Shown: one piece after another, positions 1-8,350 of the stretch
How the letters are laid out: each line of letters begins with the position of its first letter
How positions within the stretch are numbered: the stretch's first letter is position 1
Origin: Bdellovibrionales bacterium
GTDB lineage: Bacteria; Bdellovibrionota; Bdellovibrionia; Bdellovibrionales; JAUICD01
Direction: 5' to 3'
NCBI GenBank assembly: GCA_965203275.1
Contig: OZ241865.1
Coordinates: 2,503,811 to 2,567,810, forward strand
Length of the DNA stretch: 64,000 nt
Notes under the pieces: model-generated
Told to the model about the DNA's origin: nothing
The model's database searches: none
What the model saw: the letters and a program-made list of their open reading frames with translations, nothing else
Program-made: the position numbers and the translations under genes

Positions 1-856
1 TTTCATGAGTTGTTGGACGACACGTTTCAATGCACCCTCCTTGGTCCACTGCAACGTCTATCACCACAGAGCCATCTTCCATCTGATCAATCATCTGGCG
101 AGTGACTAAGCAGGGTGCCTTATAACCTGTGATCAAAACAGCACCTATTAACAAATCCGAAGCTATAACACTATCGAAAATATTTTTTTCATTGGAATAT
201 AAAGTTGTAATTTGTCCCTTATAAAGGTGTTCTAAAAACTCAAGCCTTTTGTGATCAACATCTAAAACAGTGACAGAGGCACCTAATCCCACAGCAACAG
301 AAAGAGCATTGATTCCTACAACCCCTCCACCAATCACAGTGACCCGTCCGGGAGCTACTCCAGTAACACCACCTAACAAAATACCTTTACCCCCACTATT
401 TTTTTGTAGCAAGTAGGTCCCTATTTGTACAGACAAACGACCTGCTACCTCACTCATAGGGACTAACAAAGGTAGAGAAGCATTTTGATCTTCAATAGTT
501 TCAAAGGCAATAGACTTGACTTTCTTCTGACAGAGTACTTTTGTCAATTGTGGTTCAGCTGCCAAATGTAAATAACAATATAAAATTTGATTTTCTTTTA
601 ATAAGTCATATTCTTCAGGAAGAGGTTCTTTCACTTTGACAATCATATCTGATTGATGATAGACCATCTGTTTATTTTCAAGGACGCTAGCACCACTTTT
701 TTGATAAACTTCGTCGGAGATGCCACTACCTATACCTGCATTTTTCTCAATGAAAACCTGATGTCCTCCACTGACAAGCTGTTGAACACCAGACTCTGTG
801 ATGCCTACCCGACTTTCACCTGTTTTAATTTCTTTAGGTACCCCTACTATCATCAT
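1..856 (-). CDS. ald: Alanine dehydrogenase (partial, runs off the left edge)
   Basis: Manual minus-strand translation from 856 gives [20 protein letters not shown]..., with later [14 protein letters not shown] and GGGVVG motifs typical of AlaDH; absent from the ORF track because it is incomplete. Confidence 0.93.
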   Translation of the reverse strand, partial: MMIVGVPKEIKTGESRVGITESGVQQLVSGGHQVFIEKNAGIGSGISDEVYQKSGASVLENKQMVYHQSDMIVKVKEPLPEEYDLLKENQILYCYLHLAAEPQLTKVLCQKKVKSIAFETIEDQNASLPLLVPMSEVAGRLSVQIGTYLLQKNSGGKGILLGGVTGVAPGRVTVIGGGVVGINALSVAVGLGASVTVLDVDHKRLEFLEHLYKGQITTLYSNEKNIFDSVIASDLLIGAVLITGYKAPCLVTRQMIDQMEDGSVVIDVAVDQGGCIETCRPTTHE

Positions 857-867
857 TAAACCTTTCT

Positions 868-903
868 TAGATTGGAAAGAAATACTTAGTTGGAAAGAAA
901 TAT
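868..903. repeat. Direct repeat ttggaaagaaata x2 in the ald/permease divergent promoter region
   Basis: Two copies about 18 nt apart. Confidence 0.5.
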
Positions 904-1078
904 TTTTTTGTGGTATATCATTCTTTCATTCATAAACAAATAAAAAAGATTGTTATTTTTTAAAAAAATCATAAAATAAATACTACTGGCATCTTATTTA
1001 ATCAAGTCTAATCGAAATATTTTATATTATTTTATCATATATTTTGACAACCATAGATAAAAAGGAAGTGTAAATACC

Positions 1079-2914
1079 TTGAAGAATCATAATAATAGCA
1101 AAAACATGGAACTCAGTTGGATCATCGGAGCAGGGATTGTAGGTGCTGATATTGGCACTTCGGTTTTCTATAGTACAGGCTTGCTCTTTAGTTACGTGGG
1201 TTATCTCTCGCCTTTTTTTATTCTTTTAATTTGTTTAATGATGTGGGCTTTTAAAAAAACTTACGAAGAGGGTCTAGCCCTTAGCCCCTATAATGGAGGT
1301 GCTTATGTGATGATTTTAAGAGGTATCGGTAGGAGGTCCGGTGTTTTAGCAGGAGGACTGACGATCTTGTCTTATTTAGCAACAGCTACAGTCAGTAGTC
1401 TCTCAGGTGCTTTTTATATCTCTTCCTTAATGGAAGAGAATGTGTCTTTAGACACTATTGTAATGATCTCTGCTATTCCTATTATTTTATTTGGTTTATT
1501 AAATTCAAAGGGCATTAAAGAACCTGCTAAATTGATCACCGCTATTTCAGGATTGCATTTTGGTTTTTTAATTTTATTGGTGATCTGTGGAACAGGTTTT
1601 ATCCTTTTTAATTGGCAAGAAGTAGACTTTGCTAAAATGAGAAAAATTACTGTAGATTCTCAATTGACCTTAGCTATGGTGATGCATGGATTTGCAGGAG
1701 CTTTTTTAGGTATTACAGGTTTTGAATCAGCAGCACAGATCATAGAAGAACTCAAAGCTCCTATCCTCACAACTCTTCGTAAACTTTATACAACTGTTAT
1801 CCTTTTGGTTTCTTTCACAGCTCCATTTATTTCTTTTTTATGTTTAGCCATTCTCTCTGAAGATGAAATCATTGAAGGTAAAGATTTTTTGTTAGCAAGT
1901 TTTGGGGAAAAAATTGGTGGTCAAGAGCTTATGATTGCTGTGGTCGTGGATGCAGCACTGACACTTTTTGCTGCGGTCAATACAGCTTTTGTAGGTTTTA
2001 TTGGTCTAGCTAAGACAATGGCTCAACAAGGTAATCTTCCTCAAATTTTACTTAAAAGGTTTACTTATAAATTTTCTTGGATGGAAGGTTATCCTTTTAT
2101 TGCCCTCCCGTTTATGTTTTTAGCATTGGGGATGGTTTCCGCGGTTCCTGGCGAAGTCAAAATATTAGCAAGAGTTTATGAAATGGCTTTCTTAAGTGTG
2201 ATGGTAAGTTTTGTCATTGGTGTTATTTTAGTCCGCAATCGCAAAAGACCAAGGCATTTGCCTACAGAATTTCTCTCAAAGCCTATTTTTAAATTCAAAG
2301 GTATCATTCTTCCTATTATTCCTCTTTTTTCTGGACTAGTACTCTCAATTGCTCAACTTGTTTTGATGTTTTTTGCTTCTAATGATGCTCAAACAATGGG
2401 ACTTCAGTTATTATTGACTATTTTATTAATTATGGCGTTTTATAGGTGGGGCGTTTTAGAGCAGAGATTAGAAAAACGCTCTGATTTGCATATAGGTTTG
2501 GGGGATTATTCTAAAAAGGATCAACTACCAGAAGGTTTATCTAAGTATGTACTGTGTACAAGTGGTACAGCTGTGAGGTCTCTCATCACAAGAGCTATAC
2601 ACTATCTTTTAAAAGAAAAACGCGGGGATCCTTTTGAATTGATTGTTTTTCATGTGGATGAACATAATGAAGGATTGTTTTATGAATCTTTACAAAAAAT
2701 TATTCTCCAGCAAGTTGTACCTTTGTATTCCACACGGAATATTGTATTGACAGTTAAGACTCTACCTGGAGATCTATTAGAAGGAATTGGCATCTTGAAA
2801 AGACAAATGGACATCAAAAAAATCTTTTTAGGTAAAAGTAAACGCTCACAAACTTCTAGCAATCTAGTTAAGGATCTCTTACAAGAATATCAAGCTCAAA
2901 TTGTACAGATTTAA
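1079..2914 (+). CDS. APC-family amino acid permease with soluble C-terminal domain
   Basis: Many TM segments; GGAY and GITGFES motifs. Confidence 0.85.
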   Translation: MKNHNNSKNMELSWIIGAGIVGADIGTSVFYSTGLLFSYVGYLSPFFILLICLMMWAFKKTYEEGLALSPYNGGAYVMILRGIGRRSGVLAGGLTILSYLATATVSSLSGAFYISSLMEENVSLDTIVMISAIPIILFGLLNSKGIKEPAKLITAISGLHFGFLILLVICGTGFILFNWQEVDFAKMRKITVDSQLTLAMVMHGFAGAFLGITGFESAAQIIEELKAPILTTLRKLYTTVILLVSFTAPFISFLCLAILSEDEIIEGKDFLLASFGEKIGGQELMIAVVVDAALTLFAAVNTAFVGFIGLAKTMAQQGNLPQILLKRFTYKFSWMEGYPFIALPFMFLALGMVSAVPGEVKILARVYEMAFLSVMVSFVIGVILVRNRKRPRHLPTEFLSKPIFKFKGIILPIIPLFSGLVLSIAQLVLMFFASNDAQTMGLQLLLTILLIMAFYRWGVLEQRLEKRSDLHIGLGDYSKKDQLPEGLSKYVLCTSGTAVRSLITRAIHYLLKEKRGDPFELIVFHVDEHNEGLFYESLQKIILQQVVPLYSTRNIVLTVKTLPGDLLEGIGILKRQMDIKKIFLGKSKRSQTSSNLVKDLLQEYQAQIVQI

Positions 2915-2915
2915 T

Positions 2916-3422
2916 TTTCACTAAAAGTAAACTGACCTCTGGTCACTTTTGGACATTGCTCTGACAGCTTACGCTGTCTAAAAAGAGCAATGTCTCAAAA
3001 GTCCGTTTATTTTTAGTAGGAAGGATCCTTTCCTTTTTTAACACAATGTTAAGGAAAAAGTTCCTTCATCAAGGCTGGCTACCTCAAAAGTCTGTTTACT
3101 TTTAGTAAGGAGGATCTCCTCGTTTTTTGACTACATGTTAAGGAAAAAGTTCCTTTATCGTAAGTCGCTTGCTCTTGAGGCAATAAAAGAATTTTTCCTT
3201 AACATGCTGTAAAGGAATAAAGGGATCCTTCTCTACTAAAAGTGGTCAAGCTTTCTAGGCAATGACCATTTTGCCAATGGCGAAAGCCATCGTGGTCATC
3301 GCCAGAAAGTGACCAGAGGTCAGACCACTTTGAGTGAAACAGCTTAGCCTTTGATCGACGACGAAAGCCGTCGGGCTAACTGCCAGAAAACATGCCAGAG
3401 GCTAGACCACTTTTAGGGAAAC
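2916..3422. repeat. Structured interspersed repeat cluster 1 (4 full or partial units, both orientations)
   Basis: tcactaaaag...cc-tct-gg...ttttagt...atgttaaggaaa modules with central spacer gcttgctcttgaggcaataaaa. Confidence 0.95.
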
Positions 3423-4322
3423 AGCAAGTCCACAAAACAATCCAAAAGCAAAACCTCCTAGATGAACTGAGTATGCAATATAATTAAAACCGTTCAATGC
3501 ACTTAAATATCCTGACAGATCAATGATTAACCAAATACTTGCAACAAACCAAGTAGGCAAATAAACAGACCCCCACCATCGATGTAAAGGTAAAATAAAA
3601 AATAAAAAACGTAAGGGTTTTTTAAAATATAATAAAGAAAAAGCACCGACAAGAGCATTGATAGAGCCACTTGAACCTATCAAAGGAAAATATGAAAGCT
3701 CTGAAATTTGTATGTGAACAAAAGCTCCTACAGCTCCCCCTAACAAATATAATAACAAAAACAACTTATGACCTATTAAAGGTTCTAAAAAGCAACCAAA
3801 GATTAGCAAAAACCAACAATTAAAAAGCAAATGCCAAACATGTCCATGCACAAACTGATAACTTAAAAAATAAAATAATTCTTGATTGTAAATAGTCAAC
3901 CCTAATTTAAAACTCCAACTCTGATCTTGTTGCTTAAGGTACTTGTTTAACTGATCTTTCCAATAAGCAATCTCTACTTGATCTCCATCAAATGCTAATG
4001 ATCTTGTTTCTAAAAAAGTTGCATCTCGAAAAGCTAAACTTCCCAGTAAAAGATTTCTTTCCATATCACCTTCTGCGGATAAAGATGCCAAATCTGATAA
4101 AAAGTAACTGTATTGATCTTCATTATGTAAAATGTGTTGTGTGTATATCTTTCCTTGAGCTTTGATAAAAAATTCATCATCTAATAAATGTTTTCTAGCA
4201 TTGCTTTCCTGCACTTGCCCTGCTCGAAAGCAAACAAAAAACACAACATATAAAAAAACAAACAGCCAAGTCAAAGGTGCTTGTCTCAAAGACGATATGC
4301 CATGTAGGAAAGGTAAGATCAT
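3402..4322 (-). CDS. Rhomboid-family intramembrane serine protease
   Basis: HLLFN, GSSG catalytic Ser and VHLGG catalytic His motifs; last codons VSLKVV* come from the repeat. Confidence 0.9.
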   Translation of the reverse strand: MILPFLHGISSLRQAPLTWLFVFLYVVFFVCFRAGQVQESNARKHLLDDEFFIKAQGKIYTQHILHNEDQYSYFLSDLASLSAEGDMERNLLLGSLAFRDATFLETRSLAFDGDQVEIAYWKDQLNKYLKQQDQSWSFKLGLTIYNQELFYFLSYQFVHGHVWHLLFNCWFLLIFGCFLEPLIGHKLFLLLYLLGGAVGAFVHIQISELSYFPLIGSSGSINALVGAFSLLYFKKPLRFLFFILPLHRWWGSVYLPTWFVASIWLIIDLSGYLSALNGFNYIAYSVHLGGFAFGLFCGLAVSLKVV

Positions 4323-4361
4323 TCTTAAAAAACCTCATATATATTATTTTTGTCTATATAG

Positions 4362-6350
4362 CTACTTTGTTTTAAACTGAGAGGTTAAGCTTTTTGAAAT
4401 ATTTTGAAATTCTTCTTGCAAAGAGGACACAGTGGCTATATTCCTTTGAGGTTTTAAATAAGTTTCCCAAGCATCCTCTTGTTGATCCTGAAAAGCCTGA
4501 AAGGTTTTATTTTGAGCATTTAACTTTTGCAAAAACTCCCATGCGCTTTTTTCTTGACCTATTTTATAAGAGGCAACAATTAATTTTTGTTGCAGTTTTT
4601 GATTGTATGGGTCTAATGAGTGAAGTTGGCTTCCAATACGAGTCGCAAGAGTTAAATCATTCATAGCAAAAGATTTATGGAAAAGCATAAGACCTAATCT
4701 CCTTTCACCCCAAGTCAATCTATTCATTGCAAGCCAATCTTCAGAAAGCATTTGAATCTCTGAATGATTTTTTGTAATTAAAGCTAACAACTCCCTACCT
4801 TCTTCTAAATATGGAGATGGTTTTTGATTGTTTAAATTTTCTTCATTAATTAATTCTTTTAATACTTCTGTGGCTTGACTTAAACTGCCTTCTTGAATAA
4901 GTTTCATGCTACGAAGCAATTGCAAAGCTGGCATTTCAACCATTTCGTCTGCTAAAGCCACATAGTCAACATTGTCTTTTTGAGAACAAGTCTTTATTTT
5001 AATATAAGCTAAAGAAAAAATGCTATTTTCTAACAGAGAGGGATCTGTATGGATAGCATTTGTAAAATTTCTACAATCAGATAAAATTTCACTTTGACAG
5101 CTGTCTTTAAAATTTTGTAAACAATACCAACCTGACAAACTTAAAATATCTTCTTGGGGTAAAATATGTAGAGCCGATTGGAAAGCAATACGTGCGTGAG
5201 ATTTTTTCCTAAGGCCCCACAAGGCAGCCACTCTATGAGACATCAAATAATTTTTAAGTGGTTTGATGTGCCATAGTTGTTCAATGGTTTCTATTTCGTC
5301 TTGAAAAGCTTTAACTCGTTCAAAATGTTTAATAGCCCATACTTTGATAAAAGGACTGGCCTGAAGAGAGTCTATTGAATGAAATTTCTGGCTAGCTTCA
5401 TCCCATTGTTTTTCAGTCCATAAAAGAACTATTTGGCTAAGCAGACAGGCTTGACTGTCTGGAGCTATCTGACAGGTTTTTTTTAAATATTCATCGGAAA
5501 GTTTAGAATTGTTAGATGTAATAAAAGCATTGCCTAAATAAGCTAAATCTAAATTTTCATTATTTTTAAAAGCGTTTTGTACTTCTTTATCTAGGCATTC
5601 ATCATCTATAAGATAACCACCATGGAGAGTCAGAGCTATTTCTAATCGTGAAAGATCTTCTACTTCGTCAAGATAAGACCATTGGGCTTCAGCTTCACTG
5701 ACATTTTCACAGACCTCTTTATGGGAGCTTAAAAGTTCTAATAAATTCTTCTTATTAATATTTTGTAAACCAGCTTTATAATAATAGAAAACAAATCCAA
5801 AACAGACACAACAGGAAAAAGCAAAAATAACACCTGTGCAGAAAATATGTTCTAAATAAGTAGGGCGATTTGCAAATCGCCCTTTTGTAGAAATAACAAT
5901 AGAATCAGCAATGCGATCATGTAAAGGTCTTCTTTGCTCATGGGCAAAAATACCTAAGTGAGGTACACAAAACAAAGTTGTATTTAAAATCCAAAAAAAT
6001 TCTCTGACAATAGTTTTTACAATACTTAAGGGTTGATTTGACCAAATATCAACCACTTTTAAATTCAGTAAAAACTTTCCAGGTGTACTGCCTTTTAGAA
6101 TGATGGTAGATAAAACTCTATACAAAAGTCCTGAAAGAGTTAAAATAGCAAAAGCCAAAACAAAGATCATAAAGAAAAATTGATCTTGATCTGTCAGTTG
6201 AAATATAAGCATTTGCCTTTTGATAGGTGCAAGTAGCAATAAAAATAGGAGAGACAGAAAGCTCAAATCTAACATAGATGCTATGATGCGATCTTTGAGA
6301 CAAGCCACTCTATGGGCAGGGAAAGCAATTTCTTTTTTATACGTATCCAT
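4362..6350 (-). CDS. RDD-family membrane protein with large helical C-terminal region
   Basis: R..A..D, TPGK..L.L.VV, RE and LHDRIA motifs. Confidence 0.85.
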   Translation of the reverse strand: MDTYKKEIAFPAHRVACLKDRIIASMLDLSFLSLLFLLLLAPIKRQMLIFQLTDQDQFFFMIFVLAFAILTLSGLLYRVLSTIILKGSTPGKFLLNLKVVDIWSNQPLSIVKTIVREFFWILNTTLFCVPHLGIFAHEQRRPLHDRIADSIVISTKGRFANRPTYLEHIFCTGVIFAFSCCVCFGFVFYYYKAGLQNINKKNLLELLSSHKEVCENVSEAEAQWSYLDEVEDLSRLEIALTLHGGYLIDDECLDKEVQNAFKNNENLDLAYLGNAFITSNNSKLSDEYLKKTCQIAPDSQACLLSQIVLLWTEKQWDEASQKFHSIDSLQASPFIKVWAIKHFERVKAFQDEIETIEQLWHIKPLKNYLMSHRVAALWGLRKKSHARIAFQSALHILPQEDILSLSGWYCLQNFKDSCQSEILSDCRNFTNAIHTDPSLLENSIFSLAYIKIKTCSQKDNVDYVALADEMVEMPALQLLRSMKLIQEGSLSQATEVLKELINEENLNNQKPSPYLEEGRELLALITKNHSEIQMLSEDWLAMNRLTWGERRLGLMLFHKSFAMNDLTLATRIGSQLHSLDPYNQKLQQKLIVASYKIGQEKSAWEFLQKLNAQNKTFQAFQDQQEDAWETYLKPQRNIATVSSLQEEFQNISKSLTSQFKTK

Positions 6351-6356
6351 GCTTTT

Positions 6357-6383
6357 TATTCGGCTTGTAGGATAAATTTTTTA
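6357..6383 (-). promoter_or_regulatory. Putative sigma-28 (FliA) promoter, probably leaderless
   Basis: Minus strand TAAA-N15-GCCGAATA ending 6 nt before the ATG at 6350. Confidence 0.6.
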
Positions 6384-6582
6384 AGTAAATAGGATGAATT
6401 TTTTAAGTAAAAATGAAAAAAATAACAATAGCCATCAAATTTTAAGTTTTTAAAAAGTCATTTAAAAATGTTTTATGTTAATTAGCAGACCGCTTGACTG
6501 TTTTATAAATCAATAGTACAAAAAATAAATACTTAGCTAAGTATAAATATTTTCAAAGTAAAATACTTAAAAGAGGATTTTT

Positions 6583-7623
6583 GTGAGCCAATCCATACAA
6601 AATATCTTAGAGAAAGTCCAAGCTCTTAAAGAGCTTGCTATTAAAAATTTAGAAAAAGCTATTAACTCCTTAACCCTTTATGATATTCAGGTGAAGTTTT
6701 TAGGTCGCCAGGGTCTTCTTTCTGCAATGATGAAACAGCTCAAGGAGTGCCAACCAGAAGACCGACGGACTTTAGGTATAGCCATCAATCAAGCTAAAAA
6801 AGACATTGAATTATTTTATGAACAATGTTGTCAAAAATTAGAAGCTCAAGAACTAAATCAAAAGCTTAAAGCTTCAAAAATAGATATGACCACTCCTGGT
6901 TCTCCTCAAACATTAGGACGTCAGCACCCTATTGAGAAAGCCACCCATGAAATTATAGATATTTTTAATCGCTTAGGTTATTGTGTTCGATCTGGTCCTA
7001 TTATAGATACCGATGAGCATTGTTTTACTGGATTAAATATTCCGCCAGAGCATCCTGCCCGTGATATGCAAGATACTTTTTATATCAATCAGCAATATGC
7101 TCTCAGACCACATACGAGTTCTATTCAAGTACGTACTATGCAAAAAGAGTCCCCACCTTTTTATGTGTTAGGTCCTGGGAGTGTGTTTCGTCGGGATAGT
7201 GATATTTCTCATAGCCCTATGTTCCACCAAGTGGAAGGCTTTGTAGTGGATAGTAAGGTATCTATGGCCCATTTAAAAGGTACTTTAGATTTTTTTGTAA
7301 AAGAATTTTTTGGTCAAGATGCAAAGATTAATTTTCGTCCTAGTTTTTTCCCTTTTACAGAACCTTCCGCAGAAGTGGATTGTTCTTGTCATTTATGTCA
7401 AGGAAGAGGTTGTCGTATGTGTCAGCAAACAGGATGGGTTGAAATTGCAGGTTGTGGATTGATCCATCCAAATGTGTTGAGGCATTCTTCTATTGATTCT
7501 GATAAATATCAAGGTTTTGCTTTTGGGATGGGTATAGAAAGAATGGCTATTTTAAAATACAAAGTCCAAGATATTCGCCTCTTTTTTGAAAATGATTTGC
7601 GATTTTTAGAGCCTTTTTGTTAG
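6583..7623 (+). CDS. pheS: Phenylalanine--tRNA ligase alpha subunit
   Basis: HPARDMQDTFY, FHQVEG, FPFTEPSAEVD and GFAFGMGIERMA motifs. Confidence 0.98.
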   Translation: MSQSIQNILEKVQALKELAIKNLEKAINSLTLYDIQVKFLGRQGLLSAMMKQLKECQPEDRRTLGIAINQAKKDIELFYEQCCQKLEAQELNQKLKASKIDMTTPGSPQTLGRQHPIEKATHEIIDIFNRLGYCVRSGPIIDTDEHCFTGLNIPPEHPARDMQDTFYINQQYALRPHTSSIQVRTMQKESPPFYVLGPGSVFRRDSDISHSPMFHQVEGFVVDSKVSMAHLKGTLDFFVKEFFGQDAKINFRPSFFPFTEPSAEVDCSCHLCQGRGCRMCQQTGWVEIAGCGLIHPNVLRHSSIDSDKYQGFAFGMGIERMAILKYKVQDIRLFFENDLRFLEPFC

Positions 7624-7631
7624 CTCCGTCA

Positions 7632-8350
7632 GTTTCACTAAAAATGGTCTAGCCGTCATTTTCACTCAAAATGAGCCACACCTCTGTTTTTCACTAAAAG
7701 TAAACTGACCTCTGGTCACTTTCTGGTTGCCAGCCCGACGGCTACCGCCGTCGATCAAAGGCTGGCTACCTCAAAAGTCCGTTTACTTTTAGTAGGGGAG
7801 GATCCTCTCGTCTCTTGACCACATGTTAAGGAAAAAGATTTCCTTCTGATGTTTGCTCTGACAGCTATCGCTGTCTAAAAAGAGCAATGCCTCAAAAATC
7901 TGCTCATTTTGAGTAGAGCGGATCTCCTTGCTTCTGACACCATGTTAAGGAAACAAGAGTTTATTTCACGTCGATAAAATGGTCATCGCCTCAAAAGTCC
8001 GTTTACTTTTAGTAGGGAGGATATCCTTGCTTTTTAACACGATGTTAAGGAAAAAGTTCCTTTATCGTAAGTCGCTTGCTCTTGAGGCAATAAAAGAATT
8101 TTTCCTTAACATGCTGTAAAGGAATAAAGGGATCCTTCTCTACTAAAAGTGGTCAAGCTTTCTAGGCAATGACCATTTTGCCAATGGCGAAAGCCATTGC
8201 GGTCATTGCCAGAAAGTAGCCAGAGGCTAGACCACTTTTAGTGAAATGTTAAGGAAAAAGTTCATTTAGATGCCGGTTTGCCTGACTGCCGGATCCCAGA
8301 TCCCAGATCCCGGATAAACAAAATGTTAGGGAAACAAGATGTTTATTTTC
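7632..8350. repeat. Structured repeat cluster 2 with heptamer satellite
   Basis: Nested stubs at 7632-7690, full and half units, gatccca/gatcccg heptamers near 8290-8315. Confidence 0.95.
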
